The notes beneath the pieces are model-generated. The model searched no databases and was not told the DNA's origin. It was given only the letters and a program-made list of their open reading frames with translations. This document shows, piece after piece, positions 40,645 to 50,357 of a stretch of DNA of 64,000 nt. Source of the stretch: Abditibacteriaceae bacterium (GTDB lineage: Bacteria; Armatimonadota; Abditibacteriia; Abditibacteriales; Abditibacteriaceae). Location of the stretch: NCBI GenBank assembly GCA_965277285.1, contig OZ255721.1, positions 1,568,001-1,632,000 of the forward strand. The letters run 5' to 3'. Every line of letters begins with the position of its first letter. The first letter of the stretch is position 1. The position numbers and the translations under genes were made by a program.

Positions 40645-41853
40645 TTACTTGCCCCGGCTCAGTTTGATGTCCATCAAAACCGCGAGGGCGAGCACCAAGC
40701 CGCGGGCGATGTATTTTTCTTCGGGCGCGACCGCCATCAGCGTCATGCCGTTGAGCAAACTGGCCATGATGAGCGAGCCAAACAAAACGCCGGAAACTGT
40801 GCCGCGCCCGCCTTTAAGACTGGCGCCGCCGATGACGCAAGCGGCAATCGCGTCGAGTTCGAGCAGTTCGCCGGTCGTCGTCGTAGAAGCGCCCGCATAA
40901 GCTGTCTGCATGAAGCCGCCCAGCGCCACGATCAAGCCCATGATGCCGAAAGCGCCGATCACAACTTTGTTGACTGGAATGCCCGAAACGTGAGCCGCTT
41001 CTTCGTTGCCGCCAATCGCATACAAATAGCGCCCGAAACGCGTGTGCTGTGACAAAACCCACACTGCAAAAGCCGTCACGCCCAAAATAATCGCCGATAA
41101 AGGAATTCCCTGATATTGATTGCAGACCAGCACGAAAAGCAAAATAATCTGTCCCTGAATCAACAAATGGGACAGCGCCAGATCAGTCGGTTCGACATTC
41201 AAGCCGAAACTCGCGCGACGCTGCCGTGAGCGCAGCGAACCTACAACCAGAGCGGCAAAAATCGCCGCGCCCAAAATCCAGCCTCCGATGGGCGGCAAAT
41301 ACCACGTCGTGAGCAGCGAATAAAGGTTGTCCGTGCCGCCAACCGTGACCGGAATTGTCGCGTTATGAATGACTTTCCAGTGCAGGCCCTTGAAAACCAT
41401 CATGCCCGCCAGCGTGATAATGAACGCAGGAATGCGCTGCGTGACAATCAAGGCGCCCATGCCCAACCACACTGCAACCGCGATGATGACAGCCACCGCC
41501 ATTGCTGCAGACGCCGACCAGCCATGCTCGAAAAGCAAGACCGCCGAAAGTCCACCGAAAAGCCCGACACCGCTGCCAATCGACAGGTCGATGTGTCCGG
41601 TCAGGATAATCAGCAGCATTCCCAGCGCCAGAATCGCCGTGATGGACAATTCGACCGTCAAGTTGGACAAGTTGCGCGCGCTGACGAACGTCGGCGACAT
41701 ATACCAGAAAAATCCCCAGATCAAGACCAGCGCGATGACCATCGAAGAATCGCGTAGTGAAGCCTGTGGCTGGCGCACATTCGGGGCGGTCGATTCGCCC
41801 GACGGCGCCGGTGTGATGATTCCTGCTTCAGGCGCTTCAATTGTTGTAGACAT
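40645..41853 (-). CDS. Sugar ABC permease, XylH/GguB-like
   Basis: GHIDLSIGS, FGRYLYAIGGNEEAA, ELDAIAACVIGG. Confidence 0.92.
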   Translation of the reverse strand: MSTTIEAPEAGIITPAPSGESTAPNVRQPQASLRDSSMVIALVLIWGFFWYMSPTFVSARNLSNLTVELSITAILALGMLLIILTGHIDLSIGSGVGLFGGLSAVLLFEHGWSASAAMAVAVIIAVAVWLGMGALIVTQRIPAFIITLAGMMVFKGLHWKVIHNATIPVTVGGTDNLYSLLTTWYLPPIGGWILGAAIFAALVVGSLRSRQRRASFGLNVEPTDLALSHLLIQGQIILLFVLVCNQYQGIPLSAIILGVTAFAVWVLSQHTRFGRYLYAIGGNEEAAHVSGIPVNKVVIGAFGIMGLIVALGGFMQTAYAGASTTTTGELLELDAIAACVIGGASLKGGRGTVSGVLFGSLIMASLLNGMTLMAVAPEEKYIARGLVLALAVLMDIKLSRGK

Positions 41854-42026
41854 AGATGAAATTTCCTAATTCGAGTACTCGATTTTCTCTGGTGCAGTTC
41901 CTGATGTTCTTTGCACGAGAACCAGAACCCTGAACGTGAGTGAGGGGCTTGTGCTTGCATTACGTTAGCCCCTCACTCACGTTCAGGGTTCTGGATTGAA
42001 GCGTCTGTTCTACTTTCCACTCACCC

Positions 42027-43610
42027 TCAAGCCGCTATGGGCAATTGTCCCATCGCGGCGGCCAGCAAGACTTCTTGCGTTGCGGCTTCGCGCTTGAAGG
42101 TTCCGCCGACCGTACCTTCGTGAAGCATCACGATGCGGTCGCTCATGCCCATCAGTTCCGGCAGTTCGCTCGAAACCAGCACGACCGCACAGCCCTGCGC
42201 CGTCAGTTCATTCATCAGATTATAAACGTCCAGCTTGGCGCCGACATCAATGCCGCGCGTCGGTTCGTCCAGAAAAACGACTTTCGGTTGCGTCATCAAG
42301 GCTTTGCCGAGCACGACTTTTTGCTGATTACCGCCCGATAATTTGCCGACGAACGAATCCAAGCCCGGCGCTTTGACGCGCAACGAATCGAAAAACTGGC
42401 GATTGACCGTCGATTCACGCCCCACGTTGAGCAAGCCGCCGGTCGTCAGTTTTTCCAGCGACGACAATGACAAATTGAAGCCAATCGTTTGCTCCAAAAT
42501 CAAGCCGTAACGCTTGCGGTCTTCGCTGACCATCACCAAACCTGAGGCAATCGAGCGCGACGGCGAAGTCACATCCAGCGATTGGCCGTCCAGTTGGACA
42601 TGACCCGAGACGCGCCGTCCCCACGCGCCGAACAAGTGCATCAACAATTCGCTGCGTCCGGCGCCCATCAAGCCGCCCAAACCCAACACTTCTCCGGCGC
42701 GCACCTCAAACGAAATGTCGCGCAAGCGCAGAGCACTTCCCGGCGGCGGCGCGACATCCAAATGTTCGACCGACAATAAAACTTTGCCAGGATGCGACGC
42801 GGTACGCGGAAACAAGTCCTCTATTTCGCGCCCGACCATGTGGCGAATAACTTCCGCGACATTGGTCTGCGCTGTTTCCAGCGTCGTGATGCTTTGCCCG
42901 TCGCGCAAAACCGTGATGCGATCAGCGACGGCGAACACTTCGTCCAGCTTGTGCGAAATGTAAACGCATGTCACGCCCTGCGCGCGCAAATCGCGCAAAA
43001 TGCCCAGCAAAACTTGAACTTCGGTTTCGCTGAGCGCCGCCGTCGGTTCGTCCAAAATGAGAATGCGCGATTTTTTCGACAACGCCTTGACGATTTCGAC
43101 CAACTGTTGATGTCCAACGCCGAGATTGCGCACCGGCGTGTCGGGGTCGATTTCAATTCCGAAACGGCGCAGCAGTTGGCGCGATTGATCGTAGACTTTC
43201 AGCCAGTCGATAAAGCCGCCATTCATCGGCTCTTTGCCCAGAAAAATGTTCTCACCGACCGTCATTTCCGGCACCAGCGCCATTTCCTGATAAATTACCG
43301 CGATGCCGTGCGCTTCGGCGTCTGCCGTCGAACGCATTTCGAGCGGCGCGTCATCCAGCACGATGCGGCCTTCGTAAGAACCGGCGGCATGAATACCCGA
43401 CAGAACCTTGATCAGCGTCGATTTACCGGCTCCGTTTTCGCCGCACAGTGCATGAATTTCGCCCTTGCGCAAATCAAAACTCACATCTTTGAGCGCCACC
43501 ACGCCCGGAAAACGTTTCACGATGTGCTCAGCGCGCAGCAAAACCTCTCCGGCGCCTGGCTCGCTCGCCGTTCGAGTACTCGATTCGTTTTTTGCAGTGA
43601 TCTGGCTCAT
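42027..43610 (-). CDS. Sugar ABC ATPase, XylG-like
   Basis: GENGAGKST, LSGGNQQK, DEPTRGIDVGAK; ATG 43610 preferred because the upstream extension is a repeat element. Confidence 0.92.
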   Translation of the reverse strand: MSQITAKNESSTRTASEPGAGEVLLRAEHIVKRFPGVVALKDVSFDLRKGEIHALCGENGAGKSTLIKVLSGIHAAGSYEGRIVLDDAPLEMRSTADAEAHGIAVIYQEMALVPEMTVGENIFLGKEPMNGGFIDWLKVYDQSRQLLRRFGIEIDPDTPVRNLGVGHQQLVEIVKALSKKSRILILDEPTAALSETEVQVLLGILRDLRAQGVTCVYISHKLDEVFAVADRITVLRDGQSITTLETAQTNVAEVIRHMVGREIEDLFPRTASHPGKVLLSVEHLDVAPPPGSALRLRDISFEVRAGEVLGLGGLMGAGRSELLMHLFGAWGRRVSGHVQLDGQSLDVTSPSRSIASGLVMVSEDRKRYGLILEQTIGFNLSLSSLEKLTTGGLLNVGRESTVNRQFFDSLRVKAPGLDSFVGKLSGGNQQKVVLGKALMTQPKVVFLDEPTRGIDVGAKLDVYNLMNELTAQGCAVVLVSSELPELMGMSDRIVMLHEGTVGGTFKREAATQEVLLAAAMGQLPIAA

Positions 43611-43749
43611 AAGAATGGAAGAATTCGGCAGTAAAACCGGAACTGTCGGCAGGAATTGTTTACAGAACCCTAAGCGTGAGCGCGGGGCTGAAGTATCTGT
43701 CACTTCAGCCCCGCGCTCACGCTTGGGGTTCGTTAAGCAAAGCAACACT

Positions 43750-44835
43750 TTACGGGCGCGGCGGACGGAGGTTGGCCGGGACGCTGCCGTAAATTTCGTC
43801 GTAAGTGTGAAAACCTTGCTTGACAACAACCGGCACGATGTTGTCTTTTGTGACAATTGACACGTCGTTCAAAATCGAAGGTACGTCGGTTTGACCGTTA
43901 TTCAAGGTCTGCGTGGCGATAATCGGTTTGCCGTTCGCCATACGGACGGCGCTTTCCGCAGCGGTTGTGGCGAGTTTCTTCAAAGGCTTGTAAATCGTCA
44001 TCGACTGGCTGCCCATAGCAATGCGCTGGCAGGCCACCAATTCGCAGTCTTGTCCGGTAACAATCATTTTGCCGCCCATGCCAGCTTCGGTCAAAGCTTG
44101 AATGGCGCCGCCTGCCGTTCCATCGTTAGCGGCCAGAACCGCATCGAACTTTTTGCCTTCGGTAATAGCGGCGTTGACGATTTTCTTGGCGTTTTCCGGC
44201 TTCCAATCTTCGGCCCAGTCGGCGCGCACAATTTTGATGTCGCCTTTTTTCACCAGAGGATCGAGCACGTTGTCCTGACCTTGCTTGAACATCTTGGCGT
44301 TGTTGTCACTGGGCGAGCCGTAAATGCAAACCACGCTACCCTTGCCGCCTGGCAAATGATCGACGACATATTTCGCCTGCAACTCGCCGACGTGCACGTT
44401 GTCGAATGACAGGTAAAGGTCGGGATCGCTGTTGCGAATCATGCGGTCGTAGGCGATAACGGGAACGCCCGAAGCGTGCGCCAACTTGACCGCTTTGGCC
44501 ATCGCCACGCCATCGTGCGCCGCGATGACGAGCACGCGGACGCCTGCCGTCAGCAACGATTGCACATCGCGCATTTGTTGGTTATCGTCGCTGTTGGCCG
44601 ATTGCACTTTAACCGTGGCGCCCAATTCTTGCGCGCGCTTGACGAACAAATCGCGGTCGCTTTGCCAGCGCGCTTCCTTCAGCGTATCCAGCGAAAGCCC
44701 GATCAACAAGTCTTTGGAACCACCAGCCAAAGGCGCGCCCGTCGCTGGATTGACGCGTCCGCCACGCCCCACGACCAGCCCGATCAAAATGCTCAAGGCC
44801 AGAGAGACCGTCATCAAAACGTTGCGAATGTTCAT
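43750..44835 (-). CDS. Sugar ABC substrate-binding protein, XylF-like
   Basis: EARWQSDRD, IAYDR, SFDN, ANDGTAGG, TIYKP. Confidence 0.9.
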   Translation of the reverse strand: MNIRNVLMTVSLALSILIGLVVGRGGRVNPATGAPLAGGSKDLLIGLSLDTLKEARWQSDRDLFVKRAQELGATVKVQSANSDDNQQMRDVQSLLTAGVRVLVIAAHDGVAMAKAVKLAHASGVPVIAYDRMIRNSDPDLYLSFDNVHVGELQAKYVVDHLPGGKGSVVCIYGSPSDNNAKMFKQGQDNVLDPLVKKGDIKIVRADWAEDWKPENAKKIVNAAITEGKKFDAVLAANDGTAGGAIQALTEAGMGGKMIVTGQDCELVACQRIAMGSQSMTIYKPLKKLATTAAESAVRMANGKPIIATQTLNNGQTDVPSILNDVSIVTKDNIVPVVVKQGFHTYDEIYGSVPANLRPPRP

Positions 44836-44899
44836 ATTCTTCCTTCTATTGAGTACTCGAATTGCACTTTATTGTACTTTGGCAGCTTTGGGAATAGCT

Positions 44900-46420
44900 T
44901 TACGCCAAAACCTGCGGGAAACGTCCGGCGGTTTGAATGACGAATTCGCCGAAAAGCGTGTTGGCCCACGCAAACCACGAACGCGTATATCGTTTTGGGT
45001 CGTCCTTGTGAAACGATTCGTGCATGAAACCCGTGCCCGCGTGAGTTTCTTTGAGAGTTCTCAAGCATTCGGCGACTTCAATGGGCGAAGTGCTGGTCAG
45101 GCCATACATAATCACGCTCAGCGGCCAAATCATGTCCGGCCCGACGTGCGGCCCGCCCGTCCCGCGATATTTTCCCTCGTAGAACCACGGATTTTCGTGG
45201 CTCCACACCATGCGCCGCGTCGCTTGATAAAGCGGATCGCCCACCGCGCAAACGCCCAGATAAGGCAGCGAAAGCAGACTGGGAACATTGGCGTCGTCGG
45301 CCAGCGAAAAATGTCCCAGTCCATCGACCTCATAAGCGTAAACGCGGCCTTGAGTCGCCGATTTCTGCTGCGCGTAAAGGTTGATCGCGCGCTCGACTTC
45401 GGCGGCCAGCGCGCGCGCTTGTTGCGCTTTTTGCGGCTGATGACGAATTTCGGCGAGCATTTGCGCCATTTGTCGCAGCGAAACCACGGCGAACAGGTTG
45501 GATGGAATCAAAAATTGATAAGTTGTTTCGTCATCTGAAGGCCGAAAGCGAGAGCAAATCATGCCGACCGGCTTGATCGGCGAGCCAAAGTCTCCGGGAC
45601 GGGACGGGACATTGTTCGCAGGAGAAGAATTGTCCATGTCGTTCCAACGATAAGGCCCGTCACCAGTTTTGCGTTGCTGTTCGCGGAAAGTGCGCACGAT
45701 GATGTCCATCGCGTTTTCCCATTCGGCATCGAAAACCGTCGTGTCGCCGCCCTGCTTCCAATAACCATAAGCCAGGCGAACCGGATAACACAGCGAATCG
45801 ACTTCCCACTTTCGCTCGTGAATTTGCGGCGCGGCGGGCGGGCCGCCATCAGACGGAAAAGGATCGAGAAACGCGTTGGCGTAAGGATCGAGTTGAATGC
45901 ACTTCACCTGACGATTGAGAACGCCCTGCAACAAGCGCTGCAGTCGAGCATCACGGCGCATTAAGGGCAGATATGGCCACACTTGCGCAGAGGAATCACG
46001 CAGCCACATGGCGTCGATGTCGCCCGTGATGACAAAGGTGTCGGGCTTGCCGCCCACTTCACGAGGTTGAACTGTGGTGTCGAGCGTGTTGGGATAGCAG
46101 TTTTCAAAAAGCCACGCCAGTTCGGGATCGGCGATTTGCCGCTTCACGTCCCGAATCGTTTCTTCAACCGCTACCGAAATGAAGTGCGACGGACGACGCG
46201 TCGGGAAAAATCGCGCTGGCGGCAAGAATGACGACACGTTGCTTGCGGATGAGTTGTTGACCGTCGAAGCGGCATCCGCGCGCTGCGTCATGTTAGCCTC
46301 AAGCACAGCCAATGGCACACCCAACGCTGCGACGCCCAATGCGCCTTGCAGCAATTCACGCCGCGTCAGACCGCGCGCTTCCACAGGTTCGTTCTGGCTC
46401 GGGCTGATGTTCTCGTCCAT
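44900..46420 (-). CDS. GH125 exo-alpha-mannosidase-like protein with Tat signal
   Basis: TRRELL signal, ITGDIDAMWLRDS, ERKWEVDSL, DDANVPSLL, TRSWFAWAN. Confidence 0.9.
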   Translation of the reverse strand: MDENISPSQNEPVEARGLTRRELLQGALGVAALGVPLAVLEANMTQRADAASTVNNSSASNVSSFLPPARFFPTRRPSHFISVAVEETIRDVKRQIADPELAWLFENCYPNTLDTTVQPREVGGKPDTFVITGDIDAMWLRDSSAQVWPYLPLMRRDARLQRLLQGVLNRQVKCIQLDPYANAFLDPFPSDGGPPAAPQIHERKWEVDSLCYPVRLAYGYWKQGGDTTVFDAEWENAMDIIVRTFREQQRKTGDGPYRWNDMDNSSPANNVPSRPGDFGSPIKPVGMICSRFRPSDDETTYQFLIPSNLFAVVSLRQMAQMLAEIRHQPQKAQQARALAAEVERAINLYAQQKSATQGRVYAYEVDGLGHFSLADDANVPSLLSLPYLGVCAVGDPLYQATRRMVWSHENPWFYEGKYRGTGGPHVGPDMIWPLSVIMYGLTSTSPIEVAECLRTLKETHAGTGFMHESFHKDDPKRYTRSWFAWANTLFGEFVIQTAGRFPQVLA

Positions 46421-46773
46421 TGATGTTCCTTCAAGTGGATGTGACTTCATCGCAAGGCAACACGATTGTTATAGAGAAATAGAAGAGCAATTTGCCCTTC
46501 ATGGACAAGTCCTTGTCGTACGCCAAAACTCTGCTAAGATGTTGGGATAATTAAATATAACAGCATCACGCAGTTTTGGACGATGCCCGTTTGGTGACGC
46601 GTCCAGCAAAGAAGCAACGCCTATCGAGTACTCGATTCACGTTCTTTTGCTCCTGTCCTACGCTTCAAATCTTATGCTTCAAACAAACGCAACCGAAAAG
46701 TTCCTCGCACAACAACAAAAAGGGCGAACTGTTTAGTGAACAGTTCGCCCTTTGCGTCATTCGCTTTGCGTCA

Positions 46774-47385
46774 TCAATGCAGTTTGTTCAGCTTGACTTT
46801 GATGCCCAGCGCTTTGCCGATGTCGTAATGCGCCTGGTTGGAAATGCGATGGTAATCCTTATCGGCTTTGACGCCGAACTTGGCATCAATGTCGTCCATC
46901 ACTTGCTCGTGGATTTTGTGCGTTACGGCTTTGTCCAGCAGCAATTCAGTATTAAAAACGCCGTTTGGCTCTTCGCCCGCCGTGACCAGAGTTTTCGCCA
47001 AATCCGTTCCCGACATCGCGGCATCGGGCAAGGTTACGCCAGCTCTGGTGGCGATCGAAAGCGCGTCTTTGACGGCGAAATCGAACACCGTCAGAAAGCG
47101 CGAAACGCGCATCTGACCATATTGTCCATTCAGTTTGGCGACTTCGGCGTTCACCGTCGGCGCGCCCAGCATCGAAGTCAAAGCCGTTGCAGTCGAATAA
47201 TTGTCCGCGCCACCGCCCGCCTGAACCAACGACGCCGTAACTGCCAGCGCCGGTGCGCCCGTATAAGATGCGCCGCCGCCAAAGCGACCTTTCGCCTGCG
47301 CGCTACCACTTGTCGCAAACGCGAGCGCCACAAACGCGCCCAACGCCGCGATTTTCGTCCCAACACGAATAGAATTTTTCATCAC
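46774..47385 (-). CDS. Secreted hypothetical protein
   Basis: Signal peptide with AQA site, GGAG RBS, terminator downstream. Confidence 0.7.
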   Translation of the reverse strand: MMKNSIRVGTKIAALGAFVALAFATSGSAQAKGRFGGGASYTGAPALAVTASLVQAGGGADNYSTATALTSMLGAPTVNAEVAKLNGQYGQMRVSRFLTVFDFAVKDALSIATRAGVTLPDAAMSGTDLAKTLVTAGEEPNGVFNTELLLDKAVTHKIHEQVMDDIDAKFGVKADKDYHRISNQAHYDIGKALGIKVKLNKLH

Positions 47386-47546
47386 TGTGTCTCCAAAAGA
47401 AGTATCTGCTTTGAAGATAACGCTCTTTAGCGCACGATGTCAGGTTAGAAATTGTTCAATTCGTGTCCAATTGCGCACACGAAATCAGCACAAAGAGCAG
47501 CGTTCGAGTACTCGAACGTTGCTCCTGAATAGAACTGACCGTTCAC

Positions 47547-48539
47547 TCATCGAAATCGGCTTTCGGCTTTCGGCTTGCGCCGCGAACGCAGTAGTAACAG
47601 CGCCAAAGTTCCCAACACAGAGCCGATGATCATTTTGGTCACGGGATCGGGAACTGCTGGCGGAATGTACACCACGCCATCTTTCGTGGCATGGGCCGGT
47701 TCATCTATATAACGACCTTGCAGCGGCACGCCTTCCGTCTCGAAATGCGCGGCCAAATCCTGCAATTCGCTTTGCATTTCAGCGCCGCGCATCGGTTGCC
47801 CATGTCCCGTTGCAATCACGGACGGTTGCAATGCGGCAATGGTGCGCACCGAATCTCCGGCGCTTTTCCAATCGGGCGTGAAATACGCGGGCGGACGGCG
47901 CACTTCTTTTTCCTGCGTCAAAACCGCCAGCAACGATTCCTGCTTGGTCGTTATGACGGCATCGCCCGCCACCAGAACTCCGTCGCGGTTGCGAAACAGC
48001 GAAATATGTCCTGGCGAATGTCCGGGCGTCGCAATCCAGCGCCATTCCGGAAGATGCGGCACGCGACCATCGTCGGGCAAAGCGTGAATTCGCTCGCCCA
48101 GATCGATGCCTTTGCGCGAGTACAAAAACGATAGGCGTGCCATCGAACCGCCGCCAACAGTGGGATCGGGCGGCGGATAATCGCTGCGTCCCGTCAGATA
48201 GGGCAGTTCCAAAGGATGCGCGTAAATCGGCACCTCCCAGCGGTCGGCCAATTCGCGCAGGGCGCCGATGTGGTCGAAATGGCCGTGCGTCAAGAGGATG
48301 CACGACGGTTTGGCGCCGACGCCAAAACATTCTTCGGCGGCATTCACAATGCGACCAGCGCATGGCCCCACGCCGCCATCCACCAAAACCCAGTTGTCAT
48401 GGTTCGCTTCGCCGATAAAAAACACGTTGACGATGGCGATGCGCAAACCGACCACATCGGGCGCGACGTCTTCCGCCCACGACGGCACGCTTTGCGTCCC
48501 ATTTTGCGCCACACTATAAATTGCCTGATCGTTGGTCAT
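47547..48539 (-). CDS. Metallo-beta-lactamase-fold hydrolase
   Basis: THGHFDHIG, PGHSPGH, AGD, TGHG. Confidence 0.9.
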   Translation of the reverse strand: MTNDQAIYSVAQNGTQSVPSWAEDVAPDVVGLRIAIVNVFFIGEANHDNWVLVDGGVGPCAGRIVNAAEECFGVGAKPSCILLTHGHFDHIGALRELADRWEVPIYAHPLELPYLTGRSDYPPPDPTVGGGSMARLSFLYSRKGIDLGERIHALPDDGRVPHLPEWRWIATPGHSPGHISLFRNRDGVLVAGDAVITTKQESLLAVLTQEKEVRRPPAYFTPDWKSAGDSVRTIAALQPSVIATGHGQPMRGAEMQSELQDLAAHFETEGVPLQGRYIDEPAHATKDGVVYIPPAVPDPVTKMIIGSVLGTLALLLLRSRRKPKAESRFR

Positions 48540-48664
48540 AAACTTTTCTCCCGCGCGTTCTTTCCTCGCGCACATCGCAAAAGTAATACCCGCGAACCGT
48601 TTTTAAGTCGCGCACCGATTCGAGTACTCGAACGTCATTTTCCTTAACCAATAAAGAGAAGATT

Positions 48665-48810
48665 CTGAAGTTTTGTGGTGCCCGCCCCTGAAGGAGCGGG
48701 CTGAGTTACCAAGTCCCCATAAATGGGACTGAACTACCGCAACGGAGGCCGCTTTAGCGGTCTTGTTCTTTCAGCCCGCTCCTTCAGGGGCGGGCACTAC
48801 AAAACTTCAG
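48665..48810. repeat. Long inverted-repeat element upstream of the McrC-like gene
   Basis: 40-bp arms 48665-48704 and 48771-48810, one mismatch. Confidence 0.8.
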
Positions 48811-48869
48811 GCCAACTCGCGCTACTAATTACCAAGCCTCCACACATCTAACTTTTCGTTAAGGCTCTT

Positions 48870-50357
48870 ATGAACTGGACGCAATTCTTCCCCGAACTCG
48901 ATGAATCCTGGCGCGAAACTTTGGCGCCCGCGACGCATTTTCTTTTTGAGTGGACGGATTACTGGCTCGAAATTCCCGATGCGACACGTTTGCGAATTGG
49001 AAATCAATGGCTCGCGCCGACTGTTAATCAATTGTTTCGCGTGCGCTTTGAAAACCAGACCGGCTTGTCCACGCTGCAACCTTTTCAAGGCGATGAATCG
49101 TTGAGCGCAGCGTTACACGTCGAAGTCTTGTCGCGTAAATTTCCCACGCCGCAAGTGCATCACGCGTTTTTCAGCGCGCTCTTGAACGATCTAACCAGAC
49201 ATTGCGCCAGTTTGCCGTTCGCGCCGCAAAGCCCAACCCAACGCAACGTCGCGCCTGATTCCGCGTCTTCGTCACCGCTTTTCGCCTTGCATTTCTTCCT
49301 GCGTTACAGCGACGATTTGCGCGCCGCATGGCACGAAATCGCGCGCGCGCCGCACCACGAACTGCGCGACGAAACTCGCTCGGTTTTGCTCGGCGAAGCG
49401 ACCGAAGCCAACGCTAATGTCTTGCTCGACATTTTGCAATCATCACACAATTGGCAACACGCCACAGGTTTCGCGCTGGCGCAACGTTTGGAAAATCGCG
49501 CGCCATCGCGCATTCGACAATGCTACAGCCGCGAAACCTTTGACACCGTGCCCAATCGTTTTCTGCGCGCCTTTCTCCACAAAATGTCAGGCGTCGCGCA
49601 AAGCATCGTCGTGCAAAAATGGTGGCCGTCATTGACGTTGGAAACGCAACATCAAATACATTCGTTCGCCGAATGGTTACAGGAAATTCAAACTGCGTCG
49701 TGGCTCGAAGAAGTCGGAGAAATGTCGCCTAATTTGGGTGCGAATCGAGTACTCGAAAAGCGGCGAGGCTACCGCGAAATGGCGCAATTGTGGCCGCTTT
49801 TTCGTGCTTCGCGCCGGACGCTCTGGCAACGCGCCGAAGAAGCGATCAGCGTCCGCGACATCGCGCGCCTTTATGAGACTTGGACATTTTTCGCCTTGGT
49901 CGAGAAAATCGCCGACGCGACCGGCGAAACTCCGCAAACCGATGTTTTGCTCAACGAATCGCAAGGTTTGCAAAACAATTACAGCGTGCGTTTTGGCGAT
50001 GCGGGAACGCTGATTTACAATCTTTCGACGCGTTCCTACGTGGCGACTTTGCGCCCCGATTTCACCTGGATTGGCAACGATCACGCCGTTGTATTCGATG
50101 CGAAATTTCGCTTGGAGCGCGCGTCATTGGCCAGCGAAAACGACGAACGTTCCGCCGCGCGCAGCGACCTTTACAAGATGCATGCTTATCGAGATGCGCT
50201 CGGCGTGCGTGCGGCTGTCGCGCTTTATCCGGGAACATTGTCGCGCTTTTACGACACGACGCGCGGCGCGCTGGATAATCCGTCGTGGCGCGACATTCTG
50301 CAGGGTGATTTATCGGGCATCGGTGCGTTAAGCCTCATACCGATAACATCCTTATGA
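48870..50357 (+). CDS. McrC-like DUF2357 plus PD-(D/E)xK nuclease
   Basis: FDTVPNRFL, LYETW, LRPDF..DAKFR, DLYKMHAYRDA; overlaps the McrB-like start (ATGA). Confidence 0.85.
   Translation: MNWTQFFPELDESWRETLAPATHFLFEWTDYWLEIPDATRLRIGNQWLAPTVNQLFRVRFENQTGLSTLQPFQGDESLSAALHVEVLSRKFPTPQVHHAFFSALLNDLTRHCASLPFAPQSPTQRNVAPDSASSSPLFALHFFLRYSDDLRAAWHEIARAPHHELRDETRSVLLGEATEANANVLLDILQSSHNWQHATGFALAQRLENRAPSRIRQCYSRETFDTVPNRFLRAFLHKMSGVAQSIVVQKWWPSLTLETQHQIHSFAEWLQEIQTASWLEEVGEMSPNLGANRVLEKRRGYREMAQLWPLFRASRRTLWQRAEEAISVRDIARLYETWTFFALVEKIADATGETPQTDVLLNESQGLQNNYSVRFGDAGTLIYNLSTRSYVATLRPDFTWIGNDHAVVFDAKFRLERASLASENDERSAARSDLYKMHAYRDALGVRAAVALYPGTLSRFYDTTRGALDNPSWRDILQGDLSGIGALSLIPITSL

Noticed and set aside
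43611..43856. N-terminal extension of the sugar ABC ATPase (NPKRERG...)
   Set aside because: Translation of a family B repeat that overlaps the upstream gene; ATG 43610 is more plausible
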